64,000 nucleotides of DNA from Thermoanaerobaculia bacterium (GCA_963664405.1 OY761158.1:480001-544000), one strand, 5' to 3'. Counted from the first letter of the stretch, positions 38,265-48,441 are shown. The notes: generated by a model not told the origin, from the sequence alone. Numbers and translations are program-made.

Positions 38265-39851
38265 TCACCGTCTGTCTGACTCCGAACACATCTCTAATTT
38301 CGATTGTATGGGTGTCGCCTTACGCGGGTCGCATGCATAGATTTCGCGAACAAGGCCCCCCGGCTTTAACAGCACCCATCTGCCCGCGGTGCCGAAGTAG
38401 CGGATCGCCGGCGTTTCATGGGGCCCGCGCCCTCCACTCGGAAGTGTGCAGGCCCGACGAGGCTGGGCCCCAAGCGCCGACAGCTGCCAGACGCTCTCAC
38501 CCACCTCGTCGGCTGATTGAGGCGAGATACCCAGCCACACCACTCCTCCGACGCCGTCCTCACCGAAAGACCCTATCTGCAATTCGGCCTCCGGACCCTC
38601 GCGAACAACGCCCGTATCGTGATCGAGGGCGACGACTCGCGACGGGACGCCCGGATCTGTCGATTCGAGCACCACCGCCGGAAGACCCTCGAGGAGTGGC
38701 AACGCTGTATTTCCGAACCAGCGAATCTCTCCGAGAGCGGGCGCAGCCAAGCTCGCTCCGGCCTCGAGCGGCCATGGTCCCGACACCTCGCCATGGACAC
38801 TCACAGTCAACCACCAGCTGTCCCTAGCCACGAAGCGCGAAGACCGAAGCGTGATCAGAAGGGTCTCGTCGTCGATCCACGAAGCGACCCATGGGCCGAG
38901 TGGCTCCGTCGCCGGCAGCTCGAGAGAGCGAAGGGACAGATCCTCCTCGAGCACGATCACGTTGCGGTTGCGCTGCCAGCGCTGTCGAGCCTTTGGCGTC
39001 TCTGAATCGGGATAGCTGTCACCCCAGAAGGTCCAGGCGAAGCGCCGTCCCTGAGGCGACCAGCCAAGGGGAGCGCGATGGTAAGTGTCCTCGACATCGA
39101 GGTAAGTGATCGCGCCCTGCCGATCAAGAGCAAGCCACCGTCGATCGTTCTGACTCGTGTATTGGTCCATCACCGCCACTCCGAGCTGGCGCGAGGCAAA
39201 GAGGTGTTGCCCTCCCCACAGCTGCGAGGTCACTCTTCTGGTGTCGCCGGTGACGATCACTGGGTGGGCAAGAAAGTCGCCGCCAGCGGCGGGTTCCAGC
39301 CCGATGGCCGAATCATCTCCAAACGGCAGCTTGAAGCGCGCGGGTCCCGATACGCCGAGGGGCGCGTAGAGAATTGACAGCGCGTAGGCGACTGTCACCA
39401 GCGAGAAGGGGACGAGGACGGCAAGGCCCCGCCGCACGCGACGGCGATCGTCCGGTGCCCTGATGCTCGCGGCCCATGCAGCGATCAAGAGCGACAGGGC
39501 GGCGCCGCTGAGAACAGTCGTAGTGAAGCCGATGGACGCGGGCAAGGTGAGCCCGTAGGCCCTATGAAGTCTTTCAGCATGGGGCACGAGTCTGGGCGTG
39601 GCGCCGGCGCCGGTCCCGACGACCAGCAACAGCAACAATGCAAGGCGGCCTGCCGCCGCAGAAGACTCACTGACCGCCGAGGCAAAGAGTCCAGCTCCAA
39701 GAGCGAGGGCTAGTACGAGCCCGGCGAACACGATGGGGCTCCCGACTGAAGGAGCTAACTCCTGGAGATTCGAGAGTGCTTCGTAGCCGAGATCGTTGAG
39801 CGAAGGGCCGCGGCGAAGCTCGAATGCGAAAAGGGCGCGGATCGCGGTCAC
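38265..39851 (-). CDS. Membrane protein of YtrA-type ABC operon, with soluble C-terminal domain
   Basis: MTAIRALFAFELRR start typical of ABC-2 permeases; several TM segments; coupled to the ATPase. Confidence 0.55.
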   Translation of the reverse strand: MTAIRALFAFELRRGPSLNDLGYEALSNLQELAPSVGSPIVFAGLVLALALGAGLFASAVSESSAAAGRLALLLLLVVGTGAGATPRLVPHAERLHRAYGLTLPASIGFTTTVLSGAALSLLIAAWAASIRAPDDRRRVRRGLAVLVPFSLVTVAYALSILYAPLGVSGPARFKLPFGDDSAIGLEPAAGGDFLAHPVIVTGDTRRVTSQLWGGQHLFASRQLGVAVMDQYTSQNDRRWLALDRQGAITYLDVEDTYHRAPLGWSPQGRRFAWTFWGDSYPDSETPKARQRWQRNRNVIVLEEDLSLRSLELPATEPLGPWVASWIDDETLLITLRSSRFVARDSWWLTVSVHGEVSGPWPLEAGASLAAPALGEIRWFGNTALPLLEGLPAVVLESTDPGVPSRVVALDHDTGVVREGPEAELQIGSFGEDGVGGVVWLGISPQSADEVGESVWQLSALGAQPRRACTLPSGGRGPHETPAIRYFGTAGRWVLLKPGGLVREIYACDPRKATPIQSKLEMCSESDRR

Positions 39852-40696
39852 GACTTAGTTCCAGTGATCGCGATGAAGATGTCTTCCAAATCCACGGGTT
39901 CCGCAAGCGCGCCGGGAAGCTCGGCGGAGAAGGCACGCCACGCCTCTTCGTCCCACTGGGTCGCCAGGGCTCCTCCCTCCGCCGCTAAAGCAGCCAGCTC
40001 GTGAGGCAGATCGTCGGCGAAAGCAGGAAGACTGAGGCGCCTGCAGCGCTGTCGCAGCTCCGTGACACCTTCGTCGAGGATCACTTTCCCCGATTGCAGC
40101 ACAACGATCCGATCCAAGGCTCGATCGACCTCGGCCAACAGATGAGTGCTGAGAAGAACACCCGAGCCGGCCTCGGTGGCTGAAGCAAGCAGCTCGCCTA
40201 GAAGCAAGCGACGCGCCTGTGGATCGAGTCCGAGACATGGATCGTCGAGAAGTAGGAGGCGCGGGCGATGAGCTAGAGCGAGAAGCAGCGCAAGGCGCGC
40301 CACCTGCCCTCGGGACAAGCGGTCGCCACGCGCGGCCGGGTCGATCTCGAATCGCTGTGACAGCTGCTCCGCAAGGGCCGGATCCCATCCAGGCATGGTT
40401 GCGGCCTGAAAAGCGAGGATCTGGCGGATCCGCATCCGCGGAGGGAAGGCAGGGCGCTCAGACATCCACCCCACCTGACCCAGGTGCTTTCGCGTGATCG
40501 GATCGACTCCGAGGATCTCGATTCGCCCTCGGTCAGCCTCGAGGAGACCCATCAAAATACGTAGAGTCGTGCTCTTACCGGAACCGTTGTGACCCGCGAG
40601 ACCTACCACCTCCCCTGTGTCGAGCGAGAAACTCACCCCGTCGAGAGCAGTCTTGCGACCGTACTTCTTGGCAACACCCTGCACTTCAAGCAGCAT
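39848..40696 (-). CDS. ABC transporter ATP-binding protein
   Basis: GHNGSGKST, LSRGQ, LLLLDDP (atypical D for E), STH. Confidence 0.92.
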   Translation of the reverse strand: MLLEVQGVAKKYGRKTALDGVSFSLDTGEVVGLAGHNGSGKSTTLRILMGLLEADRGRIEILGVDPITRKHLGQVGWMSERPAFPPRMRIRQILAFQAATMPGWDPALAEQLSQRFEIDPAARGDRLSRGQVARLALLLALAHRPRLLLLDDPCLGLDPQARRLLLGELLASATEAGSGVLLSTHLLAEVDRALDRIVVLQSGKVILDEGVTELRQRCRRLSLPAFADDLPHELAALAAEGGALATQWDEEAWRAFSAELPGALAEPVDLEDIFIAITGTKS

Positions 40697-41090
40697 GACT
40701 GGTCTCCTTCCATCTCTCGACAAGTGATTCGAGGGTCTCATCGAGGTCGAGGCCGAGACTGCGAGCCACTTCGATCGTGGCATCGAGCTCACGCAGCACG
40801 GCGCGGCGGGCCAGGGGCGCAGCTGCACCCCGAGCTTCGTCTGCAACCACACTGCCAACCCCGCGCACCGGCCGGGAGAGTCCTTTCGCTTCCATCTCAC
40901 GGATGGCCCGCGCAGCCGTGTTCGGGTTGATCCGCAGGTCGGCAGCGAGTGAACGTACAGACGGTAGAGGGTCGCTAGGAGCGAGCTCACGACTCGCAAT
41001 CGCGAATGCGACAGATTCTACGAGCTGCTCGTAAAGCGGAACCGCACTCGAGTCGTTGATGCGAGGTCGCCATCCGTATCTGTGTACCAT
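40686..41090 (-). CDS. GntR family regulator, YtrA subfamily
   Basis: PLYEQL..LPSVRSLAADLRINPNT; short C-terminal domain; precedes an ABC ATPase. Confidence 0.92.
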   Translation of the reverse strand: MVHRYGWRPRINDSSAVPLYEQLVESVAFAIASRELAPSDPLPSVRSLAADLRINPNTAARAIREMEAKGLSRPVRGVGSVVADEARGAAAPLARRAVLRELDATIEVARSLGLDLDETLESLVERWKETSHAA

Positions 41091-41103
41091 TACACTAATA
41101 CAC
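41082..41103. promoter_or_regulatory. Putative YtrA operator
   Basis: GTGTA-CCATTACACTAA-TACAC inverted repeat overlapping the gntR start. Confidence 0.6.
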
Positions 41104-41213
41104 TAAGTCTCGATCACGAGTTTGTCAAGCGAGCAAACTCGACGGACCGAGCTCGGCCGCTAAGATGTACCGCACTTCAGTTGCGCATACACTCTCTAAC
41201 GAGGAGATTGACG

Positions 41214-42122
41214 ATGTTCGGATCGCAGTTGCACAACAGTCGCACCACTTGGGAGGCGATCGAGGCCAGCCTGAAAAGGATGGAGTCCGGACGCTGGACC
41301 AGCGCATGGTTCTGGGATCACTTTCTACCCCCTCTGAGCAGAACCGACGAGATCATGGAGCACGACACTCTGGACAACTTCGAGGGTTGGTCGCTTCTCT
41401 GTGGCGCCGCGGCGATAACCAAGCGCCTGAAGCTCGGCGTCTTGGTAACCGGGAACACCTATCGCAACCCCGCCCTACTGGCAAAGATGGCAGCGACCGC
41501 CGATCACATGTCGGGCGGCCGTGCGATCCTGGGAATCGGGGCCGGCTGGAACGTCCGCGAGCACGAGGCCTACGGATGGGACTTCCCCACCATGGGCGAG
41601 CGCTCCGATCGTCTCGAGGAAGCCTGCGCGCTGATCAAGGCTCTCTTCACTGCCGAAGGCCTGGTCGACTACAAAGGCAAGTACTACAGCCTCCATCAAG
41701 CGCCGTTCGCCCCCAAATGCGTGCAGACACCTCACCTACCGATCATGATCGGCGGCATGGGAGAGAAGCGAACCCTTCGTACCCTCGCCATGTACGGCGA
41801 CATCATGAATGTGATCGCCGGCCCTGAGGAGGTAAAGAGACTCGGTGGAGTCTTGGAACGCCATTGCGAGTCCGTGGGGCGTGACCCGGCGGAGATCCAG
41901 CGTACCGCTCATGTTCCGATTCGAATTGAGAAGGACGAAGCCAGAGCCCGTGAGCTACGCGGCGAGCGCGACTGGGCGATGATCGGACCCGTCGACTTCG
42001 TCATCGACCGAACCCAGGACTTCATCGACGCCGGCATCACCGAGTTCACCTTCCAGTTGGTTCCCAACAAGCCCGAGGTTTACGACGAGATCGATCGCGA
42101 AGTGCTCAGCGCGTTCGACTGA
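41214..42122 (+). CDS. LLM-class (possibly F420-dependent) oxidoreductase
   Basis: WDHF, LVTGNTYRNPALLAKMAAT.DHMSGGR..LGIGAGW..EH, PIMIGG.GEK. Confidence 0.92.
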   Translation: MFGSQLHNSRTTWEAIEASLKRMESGRWTSAWFWDHFLPPLSRTDEIMEHDTLDNFEGWSLLCGAAAITKRLKLGVLVTGNTYRNPALLAKMAATADHMSGGRAILGIGAGWNVREHEAYGWDFPTMGERSDRLEEACALIKALFTAEGLVDYKGKYYSLHQAPFAPKCVQTPHLPIMIGGMGEKRTLRTLAMYGDIMNVIAGPEEVKRLGGVLERHCESVGRDPAEIQRTAHVPIRIEKDEARARELRGERDWAMIGPVDFVIDRTQDFIDAGITEFTFQLVPNKPEVYDEIDREVLSAFD

Positions 42123-42153
42123 AAGAGCCGCCGCTGGATTTGGAGAAGCTGCT

Positions 42154-43392
42154 ATGGGTCAAGAACAGCAACGAAAGCCCGTCACCGACTGGGCCACCGA
42201 CTACGATGTCTTCGACCCAGCCTTCGTCGAAGACCCCTATCCCGCTTGGCAGGAGCTCCGCGGGCGCTGCCCGGTCGCCCACACCGAGCGCATCGGTGGC
42301 TCGTGGATGCCGACCACGATGGAGGACATCCGCGCGGTGGCCAAGGACGTCGTGCACTTCTCCTCACGTGAAGTGGGCGTCGTCCCTCCGCAGATCGAAG
42401 GCGAGCCAGAGGACTATGACCGGATCCCGGCACCGCCCATCCAAGTCGATCCCCCGGTGCACACCTGGAGTCGGCGGCTCATTCTCCCCGCCTTCTCGCC
42501 GCAGGCGGTCGCGGAATACGAGCCCTACACCCGCGATCTCTGCCGCTCCCTCATCGCCAACTTCGAGCACCAGAGCCACGCCGATGCCGCGCAAGACTAC
42601 GCACAGCAGATTCCGGTGAACATCATCGCCCGCCTACTCGGCATTCCCGCCGACATGAAAGACACCTTCACCGGGTGGGTACGCGACCTACTCGAGTTTG
42701 CCGGGGAAGACCCTGCCCGTGCTCAACAGGCCCGCAGAGAGATCTTCTCCTTCCTCGACACCCAGATCGAAGATCGGCTGCGGAATCCCGGAGACGACAT
42801 GATCTCTCAGCTGACGGCTGCAGAGGTGGAGGGTGAGCCTGTTGCGCGGAAAGTCGTTCTCGGCATCTGCGGCCTGCTGCTCATTGCCGGCATCGACACC
42901 ACCTGGAGCGGCATCGGTTCCTCACTCTGGCATCTGGCAACGCACCCTGAAGATCGCCGCCGCCTCGCCGCCGAGCCGGACCTGATCCCGACCGCGATCG
43001 AGGAGCTCCTTCGCGCCTACAGCCCTGTGACGATGGCGCGCGTGGTTACCAAAGACGTCGAATTCAAGGGTTGCCCGATGAAAGAGGGGGACAAGGTGCT
43101 ACTTCCCTTCCCCGCCGCAAACCGTGACCCCGAAGCCTTTGAGAACGCCGACCGGGTGATCATCGACCGCCAGCGCAACCGCCACGTTGCTTTCGGCGTC
43201 GGCCTGCATCGCTGCGCCGGTTCCAACCTCGCACGCATGGAGCTGCGAGTCGCAGTGGAAGAGTGGATGAAGGCGATTCCCGAGTTCGAGCTCGACACCA
43301 CAAAGAAGACCACCTGGGCGGGCGGCCAGGTCCGCGGCCCTCGCCGGATTCCTATCCTGTTCGCCGGCGTTGACCAAGGAGCTGAGGCATGA
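42154..43392 (+). CDS. Cytochrome P450
   Basis: AGIDTT I-helix, EELLR, ANRDP, FGVGLHRCAG heme cysteine. Confidence 0.96.
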   Translation: MGQEQQRKPVTDWATDYDVFDPAFVEDPYPAWQELRGRCPVAHTERIGGSWMPTTMEDIRAVAKDVVHFSSREVGVVPPQIEGEPEDYDRIPAPPIQVDPPVHTWSRRLILPAFSPQAVAEYEPYTRDLCRSLIANFEHQSHADAAQDYAQQIPVNIIARLLGIPADMKDTFTGWVRDLLEFAGEDPARAQQARREIFSFLDTQIEDRLRNPGDDMISQLTAAEVEGEPVARKVVLGICGLLLIAGIDTTWSGIGSSLWHLATHPEDRRRLAAEPDLIPTAIEELLRAYSPVTMARVVTKDVEFKGCPMKEGDKVLLPFPAANRDPEAFENADRVIIDRQRNRHVAFGVGLHRCAGSNLARMELRVAVEEWMKAIPEFELDTTKKTTWAGGQVRGPRRIPILFAGVDQGAEA

Positions 43393-43586
43393 AGATCTGC
43401 GTCGACCCCGAAAAGTGCGAAGGTCATAGCCGCTGCTATGCCCTAGCTCCAGAGCTCTTCCAAGTCGACGAGCTCGGCTACGCCACCGCGGCCAACAGCG
43501 GAGAAGTCCCCCAGCCACTGGAGGACAAAGCGCGCCTAGCGATCGACAACTGTCCCGAGTTCGCGATCGACATCGTCGAGGACTAG
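43389..43586 (+). CDS. Ferredoxin (3Fe-4S type, P450 partner)
   Basis: CEGHSRC...CP motif; ATGA overlap with the P450. Confidence 0.92.
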   Translation: MKICVDPEKCEGHSRCYALAPELFQVDELGYATAANSGEVPQPLEDKARLAIDNCPEFAIDIVED

Positions 43587-43611
43587 ACCCCAGGCGCCCT
43601 TCGGCGCAGGA

Positions 43612-44580
43612 TCATGGAGCCGGGTTCCAGTCGTTGAGATGACCGACCATGGCTCCAAGGTTCGACTCGACCCGCACCGAAGCACCAGGGCGGCGCTGAC
43701 CTTCGATCGGCACCGAGGCCTGTCGCAAAACAAAGGCAGTACCTTCGAGTGTTCGACCGTCAGCAAGCGAGACCTGAAACGAGCGCTCACTAGGGCCGTA
43801 GGCATCGATGCTGAAGCCGTCGACCAAGGTGATTGCGTCAGCCTCCAGGAAGTAGCCCCATGGATCTGACGTGGGGCCCCGACGGGCGAGGAGCGCTATC
43901 TGCTCGGTAGCGCTCGAGCCCTGTACCGTGAAGTAGGTGAATGCCGGCGCGAAGCGAGGCCGAGTGCCGACCTGCTCGTGCCACTTTCCAGGCGCTCTCA
44001 GCTCGACCTCGCCACCAGGGAAGCTCACCTTCGCCGTCACTTCGCCAAACACCTCCCAGCGCCCGGCGCGTACGCGCACCCCTTCATGGCGGGCTCGAAA
44101 CTCCGCCTCGATGCGCAGCGGTTCGCCGCCACGACCGAGCGGCGGGTGGAGAGACTCGTGAGCCGGGGCCTCAGCGCTGATCGTGGCGACCATGGCGCTC
44201 CCTAGCCGGTCGCGACTCTCGACTACGGCACCCTCCCCGCCCTCGCCCACTGTAAAAGTGACTCGGTCCTCCTCGACCGGGGTCACACCGAAGAAGGGCG
44301 CGAGATCGAGGCCTTCGAAGGCGGCCGCATAGTGGCTCCCGCCGACAAAGGCCGACATCCACAGCGTCCCCTCACGCCTCCCGGGAAAGCGCGCGAGACG
44401 GAGGCTCATCTTCTCGCTGCCGTCGAGTGCCATCGCCATGAGGGCGACCGACTCGGCCCAGTCACCCGGGGGAGGCTCAGCAGGGGCAGGCGTAGCTGGG
44501 ACTGACGTAGGCGGTGACGGGCAGCCAAGCACGACAAAGATCGCGAGAAGGCTCGAAACCCGTCTGAGAGTGTGTCCCAC
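43612..44580 (-). CDS. Hypothetical lipoprotein
   Basis: VLGC lipobox, Pro-rich linker, beta-rich body. Confidence 0.6.
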   Translation of the reverse strand: MGHTLRRVSSLLAIFVVLGCPSPPTSVPATPAPAEPPPGDWAESVALMAMALDGSEKMSLRLARFPGRREGTLWMSAFVGGSHYAAAFEGLDLAPFFGVTPVEEDRVTFTVGEGGEGAVVESRDRLGSAMVATISAEAPAHESLHPPLGRGGEPLRIEAEFRARHEGVRVRAGRWEVFGEVTAKVSFPGGEVELRAPGKWHEQVGTRPRFAPAFTYFTVQGSSATEQIALLARRGPTSDPWGYFLEADAITLVDGFSIDAYGPSERSFQVSLADGRTLEGTAFVLRQASVPIEGQRRPGASVRVESNLGAMVGHLNDWNPAP

Positions 44581-44595
44581 CGGAATTAGAGAGCT

Positions 44596-45822
44596 CTAGC
44601 CCGCTCTTCCACCGGGTACATCGCTGAACGGCACGTCACGGTCGACGCGAATGTCGCCAGGAAGCTGTAGAACTCGTTCGGCGATGATGTTGCGCAGAAT
44701 CTCGTCGCTGCCACCTGCGATCCGACTGCCTGGAGCGTGAAGGAAAGCGTCCTGGTAGAGCCCGTCATCGGCTCCCTCCTCGACCAGAATACCGGCCATC
44801 TCCTGGAGGTCGATGCCGAAGCTGGCCAACGACTGAGTTTTCGAGGCCGCGACCACCTTCCGGATCGAGGCTTCGGGGCCGGGCGTGCCGCCTCGAGCTA
44901 GCGCAGTGACCATTCTGGCGCCGACCAACTCGAGCCCCTTCGATTCCACATACCAATCGGCGAGGCGTTGGCGAACTGCGCCGTTCTCCAGAGCCGAGCT
45001 GCCATCGATCTCGGTGCCGCGCGCGAGCTCGAGCGCGTGCGAGTAGTCCGGCGGCAGAGAAAGGGAAGATGCGCCCAGTCTCTCGTTCATGAGAGTGGTG
45101 AGGGCCACCGACCAGCCTTCGCCGACTTCTCCAAGCCGCTGTGAGTCCGGAATCCGGACGTTGGTAAAGAAGACTTCGTTGAAGTTCGAGGTGCCCGCGA
45201 TCTGTTTGATCGGGCGAGCCTCGACTCCCTCGGAGTGCATATCGAGAAAGAAATAAGTGAGCCCTTTGTGCTTGGGAAGGCTCGTATCGTGTCGCGTCAC
45301 CAGGATGCCGTAGTCGGCCAGATGCGCGTAGGTGTTCCAAATCTTCTGGCCGTTGACCACCCACTCGTCCCCGTCGCGCTCGGAGCGAGTACGCAGTCCG
45401 GCGAGATCCGACCCGGCAGACGGCTCGGAGAAGAGCTGACACCAGATCTCTTCGCCGCTCAGCAGCTTCGGCAAATAGCGGCGCTTCTGCTCTTCGGTGG
45501 CGTACTCCATCATCGTCGGAGCACAGAAGCCGAGGCCGATGCCGAAAAAAGCCGACGGCAGGCTGTATTTCGCTTCCTCCTGGGAGTAGATGATCACGTG
45601 AAGCCGGGAGAGGCCACGCCCGCCGTACTCCACCGGCCAATGAAGACCGGCCCAACCCGCTTCGGCCTTGCACTTCTGCCAGGCCTTCGCGCGAGCCAGA
45701 TCTTCCGCCGTTGCGGCGCCACTGCGACCACGCCGTGCAGTGTAGTTGGGTGCATTGGCCGCCAACCAAGCTCTCGCCTCGGCCCGAAACTCGGCCTGCT
45801 CAGCCGTATCGTTGAAGTCCAT
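44596..45822 (-). CDS. Acyl-CoA dehydrogenase
   Basis: WCQLFSEPSAGSDLA, VNGQKIW, FNEVFF, IAGGSDEI. Confidence 0.95.
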   Translation of the reverse strand: MDFNDTAEQAEFRAEARAWLAANAPNYTARRGRSGAATAEDLARAKAWQKCKAEAGWAGLHWPVEYGGRGLSRLHVIIYSQEEAKYSLPSAFFGIGLGFCAPTMMEYATEEQKRRYLPKLLSGEEIWCQLFSEPSAGSDLAGLRTRSERDGDEWVVNGQKIWNTYAHLADYGILVTRHDTSLPKHKGLTYFFLDMHSEGVEARPIKQIAGTSNFNEVFFTNVRIPDSQRLGEVGEGWSVALTTLMNERLGASSLSLPPDYSHALELARGTEIDGSSALENGAVRQRLADWYVESKGLELVGARMVTALARGGTPGPEASIRKVVAASKTQSLASFGIDLQEMAGILVEEGADDGLYQDAFLHAPGSRIAGGSDEILRNIIAERVLQLPGDIRVDRDVPFSDVPGGRAG

Positions 45823-45826
45823 CGCC

Positions 45827-46336
45827 CTATTCGAGGACGGACAACTGGAGCACGTTGGCCTGGGTCGCACCCACCATTGTCACGTGGATCTCGAACTGAT
45901 CGTGAGCAGGGCGCGCGTAGCCCAGAGTAGCCATGCCCTCGGTGGCCCCCTCGTTGACGAAGAGGACTCTCCCCTCTTCGACTTCTTTGAGCTTCATTAC
46001 CATAGGTTCGGGGCTACGAGGCTTGAAGCCCGCGTTCCACTGCTGGAGCCGAAGCACGATGCCGTCAGCCTCTTCTTCGATCGCGATGAACTCGAGCATG
46101 TTGGTCCTGCCGCCGCCAACCATGCGAACCGCGCTCACCAGAGACTTACCGGCCACCTGCGACCAACGCTCTTCGATCCAAGCTCCGTTACCGAGCTCAC
46201 CCCGCCAATCGCCGGTCATCCACGACAGCTGATCCAGAGTGGCGCCGGCACCGTCCTCAGCAACCGCCGGCGTGAGCATGCCTGTCAGCGCTAAGCCCAA
46301 GGCGAGACAGAGTAGGTTTCTTCTAGAAGTGAGCAT
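45827..46336 (-). CDS. Exported DUF6265-like protein
   Basis: Signal peptide; LSWMTGDWRG..IEERW motif. Confidence 0.7.
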   Translation of the reverse strand: MLTSRRNLLCLALGLALTGMLTPAVAEDGAGATLDQLSWMTGDWRGELGNGAWIEERWSQVAGKSLVSAVRMVGGGRTNMLEFIAIEEEADGIVLRLQQWNAGFKPRSPEPMVMKLKEVEEGRVLFVNEGATEGMATLGYARPAHDQFEIHVTMVGATQANVLQLSVLE

Positions 46337-46477
46337 AGCGGCTCCTTTCATTGATAAGCAGGCTAGGGAACGAGTTGACGCAAGGACGTTATCAGGAGAC
46401 GACCGCGGTGTTTCGACGCGCCCCGAAGCGTATAGGAAGCAAAGCCCAAGTGCGCCGTCCTCGGCGCCAAAAGACAA

Positions 46478-46517
46478 CTAGGCGGAGGAAATGATAGCCA
46501 TCATTTCTGGAGCCTAG
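46478..46517. repeat. Short palindromic repeat, family C, copy 2
   Basis: CTAGGC-GGA-GGAAATGAT-AGCC-ATCATTTCT-GGA-GCCTAG; overlaps the parC stop. Confidence 0.7.
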
Positions 46518-48424
46518 CTCGGCTTTTCGAGACTGATGCGCTGTACCGGCTTAGAGCCCATCCGCTTGCCGCGTGCATTCAAGCCGCTGCTCTCGAGCTC
46601 ACTCAGATCGAACCAGTCTTCTTTGCGGCGCTGGCGCTTGTGCGGAGCGTAGGTGAGGTGCACCACGCGGTCGGATTCACCCAGGAGAACCCGGTCCACT
46701 CGACTTCCTTCGCGCGCCAAGCGGTACTCCTTGTCGCGTATGAAACCCTTGATGTGCACTTTCTTCGCCCACGCCATCCTCTTCTCGTCACGATAAAGCA
46801 CGATAAGAACGGCGCCCTGGTCTTCGTCGAAAACCTCCAGCGCCTGGGCTCGTTTACCAACGAAGAGCTTTTCGGGCGAGCTCACGATCCGATACACGCC
46901 ATCGGCCGCCACCACCAGAATCTTGTCGAACTCGCTGGCGGTGATCGGGTACTTCGAACCGCGCACCGAGGAACCGAAGAAACCCGTGTCGGGGTCATAG
47001 CTCAGCTTCAGATCCTGGCGGGCGACTTCCTTCTTCGAGACCGTGTCGAAGCTGGTGATCTCGGTACGCCGAGGGTAGCGGGAACCGTACTTATCGAGCA
47101 GAGATTCCAGATACGCAACCGTAGTCGCGGTCAAATTCCGTAACTTGCGCTTGCAGAGCTTGATCGCGGCGACGACGTCTGTGATTTGCGTTCGGTTGCG
47201 CTCGATGTCGTAGGCCGAAATGCGGCGAATGCGGATCTCCAAGAGACGCTCGATGTCCTCCTCCACCATCTCCCTCACAAAGAGGGCGGAGTGCTCGTGC
47301 ATGCCGGCCCATACCTCGGCGCGCACCGCTTCGGCCGTCGAGGCTTCTTCGATCCCCTTGTACACCCGCTTCTCGATGAAGATCTGCTCGAGGGTCAGCG
47401 CATGCTGCCTGTCGTCGAGCTCACCGAGCTCGAGCTCGAGCTCGGCGCAAATCTGCTGGCGCAGCCGCTTGGTCAGCTTGTCGAGGATCTCACTGACCGA
47501 AAGATCGACGGGCCGGCCACTCTCGATCAGAATCGGGTTCGGAGTGATCGCGACTTCGCACTGGGTGTAGGCCCAAAGTTGCGGTACGACCTCATCGGCG
47601 TAGATCCCGCGAGTGAGATGAAGCACGATCTCTACCTTCTCGCCGGTGCGGTCTTCGATCGATGCCAGCTTCAGCTTTCCCTTCTGTGCCGCGGTCTCGA
47701 TCGATTGGATCAGGGACTCGGTAGTGGTCGAGAAAGGGATCTCGCGCACCGTGATCGTCTTGCGATCGCGAGCAACCTCGACGCGTGCCCGCACCCGGAC
47801 GCGACCACGGCCGTCAACGTACTCCGATGCATCGAGAAGTCCACCCTGCAGAAAGTCAGGCAAGGGCTCGGCCTGCTTGCCCTCCAAGAGTGCGATCTGG
47901 GCTCGCAGCAGCTCGCCGAAGTTGTGCGGCAGAATCCTGGTTGCCATACCTACCGCGATACCTTCGGCGCCGACCAGCAGCACCACCGGGAGCTTTACCG
48001 GCAGGAAGACAGGTTCATCCTTGCGGCCGTCGTAGCTCGGTTGAGTCTCGGTCAGCTTCTTGTTGAACAGAGTCTCGAGAGCCAGATCGGAGAGACGGCA
48101 TTCGATATAGCGAGCCGCCGCCGCGGGGTGGCCGGTCAATATATTGCCGAAGTTCCCCTGCTTCTCGATGAAGTACTCCTTGTTGGCCAGCACCACGAGC
48201 GCGTCGGAGATCGACGCATCGCCGTGGGGATGAAGCTTCATCGTTTCGCCGATGATGTTCGCCACCTTGTGGAAGCGACCGTCATCGAGCTCGGAGAGTG
48301 TCACCAATAGACGCCGCTGTACCGGCTTACAGCCGTCGCGGAGATCGGGGATTGCGCGGTCGACGATGACGTAGCTGGCGTACTCGAGGAAATTCTGCCG
48401 CATCAGCGGCTCGATCGACGGCAT
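46514..48424 (-). CDS. parC: DNA topoisomerase IV subunit A (short type)
   Basis: RAIPDLRDGCKPVQRR, HPHGD, AAARYIE catalytic tyrosine; no GyrA-box. Confidence 0.88.
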   Translation of the reverse strand: MPSIEPLMRQNFLEYASYVIVDRAIPDLRDGCKPVQRRLLVTLSELDDGRFHKVANIIGETMKLHPHGDASISDALVVLANKEYFIEKQGNFGNILTGHPAAAARYIECRLSDLALETLFNKKLTETQPSYDGRKDEPVFLPVKLPVVLLVGAEGIAVGMATRILPHNFGELLRAQIALLEGKQAEPLPDFLQGGLLDASEYVDGRGRVRVRARVEVARDRKTITVREIPFSTTTESLIQSIETAAQKGKLKLASIEDRTGEKVEIVLHLTRGIYADEVVPQLWAYTQCEVAITPNPILIESGRPVDLSVSEILDKLTKRLRQQICAELELELGELDDRQHALTLEQIFIEKRVYKGIEEASTAEAVRAEVWAGMHEHSALFVREMVEEDIERLLEIRIRRISAYDIERNRTQITDVVAAIKLCKRKLRNLTATTVAYLESLLDKYGSRYPRRTEITSFDTVSKKEVARQDLKLSYDPDTGFFGSSVRGSKYPITASEFDKILVVAADGVYRIVSSPEKLFVGKRAQALEVFDEDQGAVLIVLYRDEKRMAWAKKVHIKGFIRDKEYRLAREGSRVDRVLLGESDRVVHLTYAPHKRQRRKEDWFDLSELESSGLNARGKRMGSKPVQRISLEKPS

Positions 48425-48441
48425 CGCCTTCTAGCCCCTCT

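Noticed and set aside
39848-40999. 383-aa version of the ABC ATPase
   Set aside because: The extension overlaps gntR; the real start is ATG 40696
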